Below, piece by piece: positions 29,442 through 40,104 of a stretch of DNA of 64,000 nucleotides. The stretch's first letter is position 1, and every line of letters begins with the position of its first letter. The position numbers were made by a program, and so were the translations under genes. This DNA is from a virus: IMG/VR virus record IMGVR_UViG_3300022689_000130, positions 80,665 to 144,664 of that record; one strand, 5' to 3'. The notes below the pieces were generated by a model. That model saw only the letters and a list, made by a program, of their open reading frames with translations. It had not been told where the DNA came from and ran no database searches.

Positions 29442-30689
29442 GTGAATCTAGTCCAAGGCGGTTTAATTGAAACAGCAGACTACAACGATATCGCGTTGGA
29501 GATCAATCGCCTATTCAGTGATAACACGGTTGGACTGGTGTATTCGACATCAGATCTATTGTTAAACACTACATTAGCATCGCCACTTGGTACGAATGTG
29601 CCGGTTGATCTTTCTAGTAATCCTCTTGAAACAGATTTTTTAGTGGTAATTGTAGATACTGGCAGTGGCTTTGAAACCCTACAATCAAGCAACGGCGATT
29701 ATACTATAAATTATATCGCAGATCCAGTAACTATTCAATTTCCTATCCTGTATGCAGCAGGCACGTCAATAAGAGTATATAATCGAACTGATCACCGTTA
29801 TGGATGGGGACAGCAAGCAAGTGTCACACCAGTTGTAGTTGGTAATTTGGTTTATGCGGATGAGCCTGATTTGCAAGCATATATTGAAGCAAATACAAAC
29901 AATTTGATCGACAAGATCAATATTGCTGAAGAACGAATCGGAGGTCCAAGTGAGTTTAGTCGTATTTCTCCAAGCTCATTGATCCGTGCAACTGATATCA
30001 CCAGTTTACGTGATGCAATTAATACCGAGATTCTTACTCTCGATAACTATTGGAAGAACGTGATAGCAACAACAATCAATCCTGTCGAGAGTTTCACACG
30101 TGACCTCGATTGGGACAATATTTTGATTGGAGAAATGCGTCATACATGGTCCAGTTATAACAGCATGAGATATTTCTTTAATAGTGGTGGCGAACTACGT
30201 GCCAACATTGCGCTTACAGGCGACCCAGACAATCAAGGATTTTACAACTGGAACTTAGTTGCCAATCAGATGGGCGAATTGATAGTTAATTTTGATACAA
30301 CTTTTCAAAGTGGCACCGGCGGCATATCAGAGCAGATCGGCGCATATGAGTTGACTGATACCTATCAATTACTATTCACATCAACTAGCCCATCTGCTCC
30401 TGTTGCACCCGGCGGAGAGTATGATGAATACAGCGATTTTACCGATCTTGTAATTCGCTGGGAAGGACGAATCTTCGAAAACACACCGAGTGCAGGTGAG
30501 GTAAGTATCGATATTCGAGTTACGCTAGATGACGTAAACTTGAATACTACAACAGAAGGCACAACCACATATAACGGTGGTTACAAGATTGCTGATTCGA
30601 TTACTGAAAACTCAGCTGTATTTGACATGACGTCAAATGCACCAACCCTTAGCATATTGAATGATTTCGAAAGTGGTGATGACAGCTAA
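29442..30689 (+). CDS. Virion structural protein
   Basis: Acidic, T/S/G-rich, last gene of the tail module; RYFFNSGG motif. Confidence 0.55.
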   Translation: MNLVQGGLIETADYNDIALEINRLFSDNTVGLVYSTSDLLLNTTLASPLGTNVPVDLSSNPLETDFLVVIVDTGSGFETLQSSNGDYTINYIADPVTIQFPILYAAGTSIRVYNRTDHRYGWGQQASVTPVVVGNLVYADEPDLQAYIEANTNNLIDKINIAEERIGGPSEFSRISPSSLIRATDITSLRDAINTEILTLDNYWKNVIATTINPVESFTRDLDWDNILIGEMRHTWSSYNSMRYFFNSGGELRANIALTGDPDNQGFYNWNLVANQMGELIVNFDTTFQSGTGGISEQIGAYELTDTYQLLFTSTSPSAPVAPGGEYDEYSDFTDLVIRWEGRIFENTPSAGEVSIDIRVTLDDVNLNTTTEGTTTYNGGYKIADSITENSAVFDMTSNAPTLSILNDFESGDDS

Positions 30690-30703
30690 CCCACAGATAT
30701 CAT

Positions 30704-30732
30704 TTGACTTTGGCAACTAAATCAATTATCAT
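30704..30732 (+). promoter_or_regulatory. Sigma70-like promoter at the head of the enzyme cluster
   Basis: TTGACT-17 nt-TATCAT, then AAGGAG RBS before ATG 30761. Confidence 0.65.
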
Positions 30733-30760
30733 CTAACTCACTATATCCTAAGGAGTCACT

Positions 30761-31108
30761 ATGGACGAAAGACTTGAACGCGCGCTAGCGTTTGGAAACT
30801 ATCGTATTACGATAGAAAACCGACGTAAAGCTATTGTACGCCGGTTTGAAAATATGTTGACTGTGTATCATCATAATGGCATGTTCGTTGCTAATCAAGA
30901 AACTATTGCATTTGTTGACACATTGATTAGACAAAATCATAAAGACGCTATTTTGCTTGATAGTAAAAACAACCCTATCGAAATCGATGATCTTGTTGCG
31001 TTTCGAGATGTGCTGTTTGATGCATATTTTGCAGCCACCAACGAATACTTGACTGAAGTCAGGAAATTGAAAAAAGCGCGCGATGTGAAAAAAGCAATGG
31101 ATTGGTGA
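30761..31108 (+). CDS. Hypothetical protein (possibly fibre-chaperone-like)
   Basis: Strong RBS, 115 aa; function guessed from position only. Confidence 0.6.
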   Translation: MDERLERALAFGNYRITIENRRKAIVRRFENMLTVYHHNGMFVANQETIAFVDTLIRQNHKDAILLDSKNNPIEIDDLVAFRDVLFDAYFAATNEYLTEVRKLKKARDVKKAMDW

Positions 31109-31986
31109 TCATGACCCGCGGTGTTGCATTCTTTGCTTACAATACAAGTCAAATAGATTACGTCAAGCTCGCCATTTTAGCGGCTAGATATTCTAAGAGA
31201 CACATGCCCAGTCTTCCAACTTGCTTGATCACCGATTCAGGATCATGGGACTGGTGTCAGCGCAGTTATAAAAAAGAAGTTGAGTTGGCATTTGATGAGA
31301 TTACTCTGGCTGAGCCAGCTCAACAGAACAACAAACGAGTGCATCATGACTCGCCCTACCATAAATTTGTTAGCGATTTCAAAAACGGAAACAAACATCG
31401 TGTATTCGAATACACCCCGTTTGATCAAACTTTATTGTTGGATATCGATTACATCATACAAAACAAGGATTTTGAATATGTGTTTGAAACCGATAATGCT
31501 GTTACATTGTTTCATAAGGCCGAATATCTTACTCGGAATTCTCCAGCACAGGCACAACGTTATTTAAACGATCAAGGTATCCCTATGCTCTGGAGCACAG
31601 TTGTCTATTTTGATCGTCGCAACCCAACAGCAAAAATGTTTTTTGATCTCTGGGCTCACATTGGTGAAAACTACGATTTTTATAAATTTATCTACGGACT
31701 TCCTGGTAAATTATATCGCACAGATTTTTGTGTAAGTATTGCAACACACATTATGAATGGTATGGGGCCAGGAAGTGTGATTGACGAATTCCCCGGGCGC
31801 ATGATTAACATGAGTCAGCATGATGATATCGTTAAAATCAACGACGTCGACGATTGGATTTATATGGTGAACAATCGAGAAGAGCAGTGGAAAGATACAC
31901 TCACCCGCATTGCGGGTGAAAACGTTCATGTCATGAATAAGCGGTCGCTTGATCGGCATTGGGATGATTTAATGGAGAAATTATGA
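31102..31986 (+). CDS. GT-A fold glycosyltransferase-like protein
   Basis: TPFDQTLLLDID (DxD) motif; start may be ATG 31111. Confidence 0.7.
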   Translation: MVIMTRGVAFFAYNTSQIDYVKLAILAARYSKRHMPSLPTCLITDSGSWDWCQRSYKKEVELAFDEITLAEPAQQNNKRVHHDSPYHKFVSDFKNGNKHRVFEYTPFDQTLLLDIDYIIQNKDFEYVFETDNAVTLFHKAEYLTRNSPAQAQRYLNDQGIPMLWSTVVYFDRRNPTAKMFFDLWAHIGENYDFYKFIYGLPGKLYRTDFCVSIATHIMNGMGPGSVIDEFPGRMINMSQHDDIVKINDVDDWIYMVNNREEQWKDTLTRIAGENVHVMNKRSLDRHWDDLMEKL

Positions 31987-32843
31987 CGCAAGGGTATGTT
32001 TTTTTCGGAGTCGACGATGATGGTAGCACACAAAATCTAGACTGTGCCCATGCGTTGAATTCTACTCTCAAGCTGGCTGATCCAGATCGAAAAACATGTG
32101 TAATCATCAATGCATTTGATCAAATGCCTGAACATATTGAAGATGATTTTGACTATATAGCTGAGCTGCCATTTGGCCGCAATGCAAGCGATTCTACTGA
32201 CCCAATGGTTGACTTTTGGCAAATGATCCATTGTACACCGTTCGATGAAAGTATGTTTCTTAATACTTTCAGCCTGGCTATAAACAATATGAACAGTCTA
32301 TGGGAGGTAGCCAGCCAGAGAGAAATGACATTTGCGAAAGCAAGAGATTTCCGTGGAGAATGCACTATCGACGTTAGACGTATTTCATCTCTCGAGGCGG
32401 TAAATATCAAACCATTTGATACAGACTGTATCTACGTTCCCAAGACAGAACGCACATATGAATTTTTCAAGATGGCGGATCCAGTTTTGAAGGGCTGGAG
32501 AGATGTTTATCGTGAAGTGCTGACCGAAACTAGACCAGCTAACTTCGTCCACTCAGTGATGTCTAATATTACTATGCATTTACTCGGTGAGCAACCTAAT
32601 CTTAGTGATACCTTTGACTATCAAGACATCAGCCTCGATTTTCTATATGATTCTGAGAATGACGAAAATCCAGACTGGCTAGACACACTTAATGTATGGC
32701 TGACAGATGACCTGCGTCTGAAAATTAATAATTACAATCAGAATGGATTGGTTGTTTACCGAGACAGAAAATTTCTAACAGATTCAATGAAAACAAAAAT
32801 TAATGAGCATTATAAAAAGAGCAAGATCAAAATCAAAGCCTAA
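31983..32843 (+). CDS. Glycosyltransferase-like paralog lacking DxD
   Basis: Similar layout to the previous gene (TPFDESMFLNTF), DxD replaced. Confidence 0.55.
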   Translation: MTQGYVFFGVDDDGSTQNLDCAHALNSTLKLADPDRKTCVIINAFDQMPEHIEDDFDYIAELPFGRNASDSTDPMVDFWQMIHCTPFDESMFLNTFSLAINNMNSLWEVASQREMTFAKARDFRGECTIDVRRISSLEAVNIKPFDTDCIYVPKTERTYEFFKMADPVLKGWRDVYREVLTETRPANFVHSVMSNITMHLLGEQPNLSDTFDYQDISLDFLYDSENDENPDWLDTLNVWLTDDLRLKINNYNQNGLVVYRDRKFLTDSMKTKINEHYKKSKIKIKA

Positions 32844-33765
32844 GTTCTACGTCTATTTTAACGACTGGACTGGTGAAATTATTTCTGTTGGGCGCAGCAA
32901 AAGAAACAGCCCGGCAACTTGTATTGTCACTGATGATGCTATTGCCGAACAAATCGTCGATGGTGATGCCAACGTAAGTGACTACCTTGTGAGCTCTGAT
33001 CGTAATCGTAATGAGCGCATTGTAGCTAAAAGCGATGTGTTGCAGCTACGCAAGCAAGAAGACAGTTTGTTCTTACTTCCTGAAGGTCGTATAAAAGACT
33101 GGGAGATCCGTGCTCGGCTATTTCGCCATAATATGATGTTTGTTGTAGAAACCAACAGGAAGATGTTGAGTAGGTTAATTGGACACAATAGGCGTCAAGA
33201 AATTCATCTAGAAAAATCAGCAACATTTGATTTCTATATCATACGCCGAGATCATCCAGATTATTTAATCAAAACGGTGAGCATCGATGCTGAAACACTT
33301 GTTAATCAGCCACGTGTAGCTGTTGATGTGCAAGATATCGTTAAATATGTGACATTAGATCAAATTAGTGTTATGACACGTCGATATTTTGAAAAATACT
33401 ATTTTGATTCGCTATACGATCGCTATGTTGATCCCGACAATGTCAAACATAGTCCCCAATTTCTTAAATGGCAGTGGGCTGATCAGTGGCCAGAATATCA
33501 TCTCGAAGCTGTTCAACATGGTAATTTAGTCACCTTTACCAGCGCAGTAAGTGCTGAACAGTTGACAGACATAGGGTTTACAAAACGCTACAAGTCATTT
33601 TATGTGGTCGGAGAAACACCAGACCAATTAATAGGAAAATTTATGCTAGATGTCGAACGTCTGCGAACAGGACAACCACAGAAGTTCAAAGTAGACTTCA
33701 ATATAATGCATGTGAATATAATGTTTGGCGGTAGCCAAATCAAATTGAATAAGAGAGCAGTATAA
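32803..33765 (+). CDS. Hypothetical protein
   Basis: 320-aa ORF coupled to both neighbours. Confidence 0.7.
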   Translation: MSIIKRARSKSKPKFYVYFNDWTGEIISVGRSKRNSPATCIVTDDAIAEQIVDGDANVSDYLVSSDRNRNERIVAKSDVLQLRKQEDSLFLLPEGRIKDWEIRARLFRHNMMFVVETNRKMLSRLIGHNRRQEIHLEKSATFDFYIIRRDHPDYLIKTVSIDAETLVNQPRVAVDVQDIVKYVTLDQISVMTRRYFEKYYFDSLYDRYVDPDNVKHSPQFLKWQWADQWPEYHLEAVQHGNLVTFTSAVSAEQLTDIGFTKRYKSFYVVGETPDQLIGKFMLDVERLRTGQPQKFKVDFNIMHVNIMFGGSQIKLNKRAV

Positions 33766-34754
33766 TGACTATCACACCAATCAATGATTTTGATATTGTT
33801 TTTATCAGTTATGATGAACCTAATGCTGACGAGCACTGGTATGACCTACAAGAAAAATGTCCATGGGCAACGCGCAGCCATGGTGTGCATGGTAGTGACG
33901 CGGCACACAAAGCCGCCGCCAAATTATGTGAAACCGAGCGCATTATCACTGTAGATGCAGACAACATTGTCGACCCAGAATTCTTTAATTTGGAGTTAGA
34001 CTTAGATAAAATCGGACGTAATGATGTTATTAGCTGGGCTGCAAAGAACGAGATCAACGGACTGGTATACGGCAACGGCGGTATCAAGTGTTGGCCAAGG
34101 CATGTGATTGAAAACATGCGCACACACGAAGCAGCGCCAGCCAACGACAAACGTGCGCAGGTTGACTTCTGTTGGAACATCAACTATGTGCAAATGAACA
34201 ACGTCTATAGCCACGTCTACAACAATGGATCACCATTACAAGCTTGGCGCGCTGGCTTCCGTGAAGGCGTTAAGATGACTCTTGAAGGCGGTGATACAGT
34301 AGAGCGCAGTCGTGTCAAGAAAGTTCACCGCAAGAACTATCAGCGTTTGTTGGTTTGGCAAACTGTTGGTGCAGACGCAACTAACGGTTTGTGGGCTATA
34401 TACGGTGCTCGCCTTGGCTGTGTGATGGCAAATTTGCGGCGCGACGAGTGGGATTGGCGCAATGTGCGTGACTTTGAATGGCTCAACGCATTTTGGCAAG
34501 ATAACATTCAGCCAGAGTTTGTCACTGACTCAGGCGAACATATATGTGAACGAACAGGCTACGCTTGGAATCGAGGGCGGTTGCTCGAAGTAATCGGTAG
34601 TTTAGGTGAAGAACTTCGCAGAGAATTGGATTTAGAGATTGCAGAAATGCCAGCTCAAACGAGTCGGTTTTTTAAAGAGGTTTACGTTAACCCGGCCCGT
34701 GTCCATCCAATGGCTCGCGAAGAGATCGTGATAAACGAAATTGAAAATGCATGA
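33765..34754 (+). CDS. GT-A fold glycosyltransferase-like protein
   Basis: DIVFISYDE, ITVDADN (DxD), NGLVYGNGG; paralog of 48054-48767. Confidence 0.7.
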   Translation: MTITPINDFDIVFISYDEPNADEHWYDLQEKCPWATRSHGVHGSDAAHKAAAKLCETERIITVDADNIVDPEFFNLELDLDKIGRNDVISWAAKNEINGLVYGNGGIKCWPRHVIENMRTHEAAPANDKRAQVDFCWNINYVQMNNVYSHVYNNGSPLQAWRAGFREGVKMTLEGGDTVERSRVKKVHRKNYQRLLVWQTVGADATNGLWAIYGARLGCVMANLRRDEWDWRNVRDFEWLNAFWQDNIQPEFVTDSGEHICERTGYAWNRGRLLEVIGSLGEELRRELDLEIAEMPAQTSRFFKEVYVNPARVHPMAREEIVINEIENA

Positions 34755-34784
34755 ACGTGAAACTATTCTGAAACGAGGTATTGT

Positions 34785-36353
34785 ATGTCAGCAAAACTAG
34801 ATGACAAAGATTGGCTAAAAGAGCCAAGCGGTTTTATCGCAAACAACGAACACAATATCCAGAACATGAAAGAGCTACTAGATAAAACTGGATGTGGCAT
34901 GTGTTTGGCAAAGTTTCGTCAGGTAACACTGCACCTGGGAACTGGCATGACACATAGTTGTCACCATCCAACACCACACAAGATCGATCCAAAGGAAGTG
35001 CAGAAGAATCCTAACTTGCTCTTCAACACACCTCGCCTCAAAGAGGCTCGCAGACAGATGCTCAACAACGAGCGTCCAGACGAATGCGACTATTGCTGGC
35101 GCATTGAAGACGACGGTAACACAAGCGACCGCGCCTTCAAAAGCTTGGAGCACTGGGCTCTACCAGACCACGACGAGATCACCGCGCTGGACGGCAGTGA
35201 AGACATCTTCCCCAGCTACCTTGAGGTCAGCTTTTCAAACGTATGTAACATGAAGTGTACATATTGTGGCCCAGAGTTTTCAAGCAAATGGGTAGAAGAA
35301 CTCAAGCAGTATGGCCCGCTTGAGGTGATGTCTGACACACCACACAAGCAATGGATCCAGGGTTATCAGGACTTGGATACATTAAACTACAAGCACAGAG
35401 AGTTCAATCCCTACATTGATGCGTTCTGGAAGTGGTTCCCCCGTGCCCTGCCCCACCTCAAGCACTATCGGATTACAGGCGGTGAACCGCTCATGAGCAA
35501 GGAAACGTTCAAGAGCATGGACTGGTTGATTGAAAATCCCAACGAAGATCTAGAGTTCAGCATCAACTCCAACTTTAGTGTGCCTGACAAGCTATGGGAT
35601 CAGTTCATCGAACGCCTTGAAGTGTTACGCTTTGACCGTGTCAAAAAAGTTACTATCTACACTAGCATTGAGGGCTGGGGCAAACGCGCGGAGTACGCCC
35701 GCACAGGACTGGATTTTGAACTGCTTCGTAAGCGTTACGAGCAGATCCTTGCAATGGGCAATGTGCGGTGTGTAATCATGGCCGCTTACAACATCTTCTC
35801 AATCACTAGTATGAAGGATATGCTCGAATGGGTGTATGAGATGAAGACCAAATACAATCCCAACAACTCAAGTGTTCACCTGGAAGAGAACACAGGATTT
35901 GAATTGGTGACAGGCAGCTATGGCGCCCGCCGTGATGCTAACCCTGAGCATCACGTTACAGCAGGCATTGACATTCCTTATTTGCGTAGTCCAGAACATC
36001 TGGACGCACAGTATTGTGACGCCGACATGGTTGAGCGTTATATGATACCTACAATGGACTTTATGGCCAGCCATGCAGCCAGCAGCGTGTGGGGAGACCA
36101 CCAAGGCTTTGAAAACTACGAGATTGAAAAGCTCAAGCGTATCATTGTCCACCGTATGTATTTCAATCGCAAGACACGAGACGACCAGGACAGCAGACAT
36201 GATATCATGAAAAACCGTGCCAAGTTTTACGACTTTGTAAATAGCATGGATAAACGACGAGGCACAAACTTCCTTGAGACTTTCCCTGAAATGACAGACT
36301 TTTACGAGCTATGCTGTGAGAGCAAACAAGCCTTGGTCAAAATCAACAGCTAA
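34785..36353 (+). CDS. Radical SAM protein 1 (N-terminal twitch/SPASM-like Cys domain)
   Basis: CNMKCTYC, TGGEP; N-terminal C..CHH..CDYC. Confidence 0.92.
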   Translation: MSAKLDDKDWLKEPSGFIANNEHNIQNMKELLDKTGCGMCLAKFRQVTLHLGTGMTHSCHHPTPHKIDPKEVQKNPNLLFNTPRLKEARRQMLNNERPDECDYCWRIEDDGNTSDRAFKSLEHWALPDHDEITALDGSEDIFPSYLEVSFSNVCNMKCTYCGPEFSSKWVEELKQYGPLEVMSDTPHKQWIQGYQDLDTLNYKHREFNPYIDAFWKWFPRALPHLKHYRITGGEPLMSKETFKSMDWLIENPNEDLEFSINSNFSVPDKLWDQFIERLEVLRFDRVKKVTIYTSIEGWGKRAEYARTGLDFELLRKRYEQILAMGNVRCVIMAAYNIFSITSMKDMLEWVYEMKTKYNPNNSSVHLEENTGFELVTGSYGARRDANPEHHVTAGIDIPYLRSPEHLDAQYCDADMVERYMIPTMDFMASHAASSVWGDHQGFENYEIEKLKRIIVHRMYFNRKTRDDQDSRHDIMKNRAKFYDFVNSMDKRRGTNFLETFPEMTDFYELCCESKQALVKINS

Positions 36354-37486
36354 TGCTACCATATGAACACATAAGACGCTTACACATTGAGGTAAGCAGC
36401 ATTTGCAATGCCGCTTGCCCTAACTGTCCACGAAATGTCCATGGCGGATATGTCCTGCCTGATCTCATAGAGCGGTCAGTGACGTTTGATGAGTTTAAAC
36501 AGATGTTTGCTGTTGATACAATTGTTCAACTTGAGCAGATTCGTTTTTGTGGCAACTATGGTGATCCGGTAAGTGCAAGAGACCTTCCACAAATTATAGA
36601 GTGGATTTACAGCTATAATCCAGACATACATATTGAGATTAACACAAATGGCGGTGCCCGTAGCACTTCATGGTGGGAAAGATTAGGTCGCCTCATGAAG
36701 GGTCACACTGGATTTGTTGTGTTCAGTGTTGACGGTTTAGAAGATACCAATCACATCTATCGTCGTGGTGTTGTGTGGAAGAAGCTCTATGCGAACATGG
36801 AAGCTTATGTGAAGGGTGGCGGTCGAGCAGTGTGGGAGTTTTTGGTGTTCCAGCACAATGAGCACCAAATTAATGAGGCACGAGAACTGAGTCGCCAGTT
36901 AGACTTTGACAAATTTCGCGTCAAGAAGCCTTTTGGTTTTAACGATAGCTATAAGAGCACACCATACATGCTGGTTTTGGATCGTGAAGGCAATTTTGAG
37001 AGAACATTGTGGCCGCGTGGTGTTGAGCCTGTTGAATTAGAATCACGTGACATGGACTTAGAGGCGTATCTCCGCGATCTCGCACTCGCACACAAGGCAG
37101 CATTTGAAGACCCTGAAGAACGTGAGATGTATTTTGAATACATGGACACTGCCCGCCCAACTGGAATTGACTGCATGAGTATCAGGGACAAAGAGATTTA
37201 TGTAGACAGTCAGGGTTACATGTATCCGTGTTGTTTCTTAGGTCACGGCGGTCAAATGCAGCGCGGCCGGGAAACATTATTTTTCCGCCGCTGGGTAACA
37301 AAGAATGTGGGATGGGATAACATCAGCCTGTTCAAACGCAGCGTGAAAGAAATTGCTGAAAGCGAATACTTTAGCTTGATTGAGCAAACGTGGGACAAGA
37401 CCCATCGCGAAGGCAAGATGGCAATGTGTTCGCTCATGTGCTCAAGCGACTGCGCCCGTAACACCATGAGGAATCTATATGACTAA
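36353..37486 (+). CDS. Radical SAM protein 2 (C-terminal twitch/SPASM-like domain)
   Basis: CNAACPNC, GNYGDP; C-terminal C..YPCC..C...C. Confidence 0.92.
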   Translation: MLPYEHIRRLHIEVSSICNAACPNCPRNVHGGYVLPDLIERSVTFDEFKQMFAVDTIVQLEQIRFCGNYGDPVSARDLPQIIEWIYSYNPDIHIEINTNGGARSTSWWERLGRLMKGHTGFVVFSVDGLEDTNHIYRRGVVWKKLYANMEAYVKGGGRAVWEFLVFQHNEHQINEARELSRQLDFDKFRVKKPFGFNDSYKSTPYMLVLDREGNFERTLWPRGVEPVELESRDMDLEAYLRDLALAHKAAFEDPEEREMYFEYMDTARPTGIDCMSIRDKEIYVDSQGYMYPCCFLGHGGQMQRGRETLFFRRWVTKNVGWDNISLFKRSVKEIAESEYFSLIEQTWDKTHREGKMAMCSLMCSSDCARNTMRNLYD

Positions 37487-38960
37487 ACGTAGTGCAACTA
37501 TAAATTGGATGGATACAGTTGTTAACAGTAAAAGTCGCACTTTCTGCGGCGCCAAGTGGTATAATGCAACTATCTGGCTAGGGAATGGTGCAACTGCTAG
37601 CTGTCACCATCCTCCACCTCACCAAATTGACGCAGAAGAAGTTCAGCGTAACCCTCGTGCACTGCACAACACTGAATACAAGAAGCTAGTGCGCAAACAC
37701 ATGCAAGAAGGGGTGCAAACTAAAGAATGTGACTATTGCTGGCGCATCGAGAACATGGACAGCAATGTGGTAAGTGATCGTTATTACAAGAGCAGCATCT
37801 ATTCTGAGGAAGAGCTGCAAGAGGCGTTTGACACGCCTTGGGATGCAGATATCAGCCTCAAACAGCTAGAAATTGCATTTGATAACAATTGTAACTTCGC
37901 TTGTTCTTATTGCAACGCAGGGTTCAGCACAACCTGGGCACATGATATCAACAAGAATGGTGCGTATCAGGACCTCACCAGCGATGGATGGGGTGCCTAT
38001 GCACACAATGGCAATTGGGCCCATCCATATGGAGTGACCAACAAGGACAACCCATATGTAGAGGCGTTTTGGAAGTGGTGGGAAAGCGAACTACAGCACA
38101 CATTGCGTGAGTTGCGTGTTACAGGTGGCGAAGCAACTGTAAGTCCGGACTTCTGGAAACTAGTTGCATGGTATGAGGCCAATCCTCAATGCCAGGTTGA
38201 GCTCAGTGTTAACACCAACCTGGGTATCAAGAAGAGACCTCTTGACAGGCTATGCAGACTTAGCCAAGAGATACCTACGTTTAACTTGTTTACAAGCAAC
38301 GAGAGCATGGGCAGCAATGCTGAATACATTCGTGACGGACTTGAGTGGGTAGCATGGCAAGAAAACCTGCGCTATGCAATGACACATGGACGCTTCCGCT
38401 ACATTCATGTCATGATGACAATCAACGCACTCTGCTTGGCTAGCTTTACTGACTTTCATGACTTCTTGCTAGACTTGCGTGAAGGTTCAGATACACGAAT
38501 TGAGTTCAGTCACAATATTCTTCGCTTTCCTAGCTTCCAAAGCATTACAACACTGCCCAGGCATCTAAGAGAGCAGCAGACAGAGGCGATCACAGCTTGG
38601 CTAGCGGATAACGAGCATCGTATGCAGCCACATGAGATCGATAGCTTCCACCGCACCATACGCTATGTGCAGGAGATTGATGAAGGACACAACATTGGCA
38701 ACTTGCACAGCAATTTAGAGAAGCGTCAACGAGACTTCCGTAACTTTTACGCACAGTATGACCGCCGTCGTGAAAAGAGCTTTGCACAAAGCTTTGCTAA
38801 CTGGCCCGAATTGGTTGAATGGTATGAAGGTGTAGACGGCCGCGCCAACGTAAATAAGATTGACGAACTGATTGTGGGTGATGCAACTGAATGGGGCCGC
38901 CCAATATTCGACGAAGTGCTCGCTGAAGCCCGAGACAAGAAAATAATTGATGATGAGTAA
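37479..38960 (+). CDS. Radical SAM protein 3 (N-terminal Cys domain)
   Basis: CNFACSYC, TGGEA; N-terminal C..CHH..CDYC; paralog of protein 1. Confidence 0.92.
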   Translation: MTKRSATINWMDTVVNSKSRTFCGAKWYNATIWLGNGATASCHHPPPHQIDAEEVQRNPRALHNTEYKKLVRKHMQEGVQTKECDYCWRIENMDSNVVSDRYYKSSIYSEEELQEAFDTPWDADISLKQLEIAFDNNCNFACSYCNAGFSTTWAHDINKNGAYQDLTSDGWGAYAHNGNWAHPYGVTNKDNPYVEAFWKWWESELQHTLRELRVTGGEATVSPDFWKLVAWYEANPQCQVELSVNTNLGIKKRPLDRLCRLSQEIPTFNLFTSNESMGSNAEYIRDGLEWVAWQENLRYAMTHGRFRYIHVMMTINALCLASFTDFHDFLLDLREGSDTRIEFSHNILRFPSFQSITTLPRHLREQQTEAITAWLADNEHRMQPHEIDSFHRTIRYVQEIDEGHNIGNLHSNLEKRQRDFRNFYAQYDRRREKSFAQSFANWPELVEWYEGVDGRANVNKIDELIVGDATEWGRPIFDEVLAEARDKKIIDDE

Positions 38961-40104
38961 GACTAGATGCCCAATGCCGTTTGCAGGTTTTGATATTGAA
39001 ACAAACGGCACAGTGAAGCCGTGCTGCATTTATGAAGGCAGTATTGGCAACGTCAATGACGAGAACATTGACGATATTTGGCATGGCGATAGGCTCAAAA
39101 AGATACGCGAGGATTTAGAAGCAGGACATCGCATCCCTGGATGCCGTCAGTGCTGGGTAGAAGAAGAAAGCACCGGGTATAGCAAACGCATACGCGAGCA
39201 AGACTGGTTCCCTGACACAGTATACGATAACCCGCAAGTCAAACGATTGGATATTAAACTGGGCAATACCTGCAACCTCAAATGTCGCATATGCAACTAT
39301 GAGAGTAGCAGCATCTTCAACAGTGAGAACAGACAGATTGCCAGCCGCTTTCCAGATGCAAAAATCAACTTCATTGCAAATGACCGTGTGGACCGTTACA
39401 AGTGGTATCGTGATGAAGATTTTTGGCACGTTATTCTCAAGTATGGTCCTGAGATCGAACAGATTGATTTCATGGGTGGCGAGCCATTGTTGGATCGCAC
39501 ACACAAGCGCATCTTAGAGAAACTTGTTGAACAAGGACTGGCGCCAAACATCATCATCAACTATACCACAAACGGAACCATTGTTCCTGACTTTGAACTG
39601 CTACGCAACTTCAACAAGGTGCTGTTTACTGTGAGTGGCGACGCGATCGAGCGCCGCTTTGAATATAATCGCTATCCAGTGCGTTGGGCAGACTTCAAGA
39701 ACAACATATTTGACATACGTGCAAGTGCAGACAGCTTTCTTATCAGCTACAGCGTCAGCAGCTATAGTCTATTTGGAATTCCTGATGCACTTGACTATTA
39801 CATGGAGAACGGATATATAGTATGGTTCAACTATGTGCATTTGACTGAAGCCAGCAATGCACGTAACTTGCCGCCCGAGCTTAAGCAACAGTTTAGAGAA
39901 TTGGTCGCTGATCGCCACCGCGATGAGTGGCTATGGACACGAGCAAACATACAAGAGGTCTTGGACTTTATCGACGTTGATGACAACCCCAAACACTTCC
40001 AAGACTTTATTTACGATTGCAAATTGAGGGATCAATTCCGCTATCAAGATTTTAGAGATTACCTGCCAGAATATGCCCCCTACGCCGATCTTGCACAAGT
40101 GTAA
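38947..40104 (+). CDS. Radical SAM protein 4 (N-terminal SPASM-like domain)
   Basis: CNLKCRIC, GGEP; N-terminal C..G.VKPCC..IGN..CRQC. Confidence 0.92.
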   Translation: MMMSKTRCPMPFAGFDIETNGTVKPCCIYEGSIGNVNDENIDDIWHGDRLKKIREDLEAGHRIPGCRQCWVEEESTGYSKRIREQDWFPDTVYDNPQVKRLDIKLGNTCNLKCRICNYESSSIFNSENRQIASRFPDAKINFIANDRVDRYKWYRDEDFWHVILKYGPEIEQIDFMGGEPLLDRTHKRILEKLVEQGLAPNIIINYTTNGTIVPDFELLRNFNKVLFTVSGDAIERRFEYNRYPVRWADFKNNIFDIRASADSFLISYSVSSYSLFGIPDALDYYMENGYIVWFNYVHLTEASNARNLPPELKQQFRELVADRHRDEWLWTRANIQEVLDFIDVDDNPKHFQDFIYDCKLRDQFRYQDFRDYLPEYAPYADLAQV

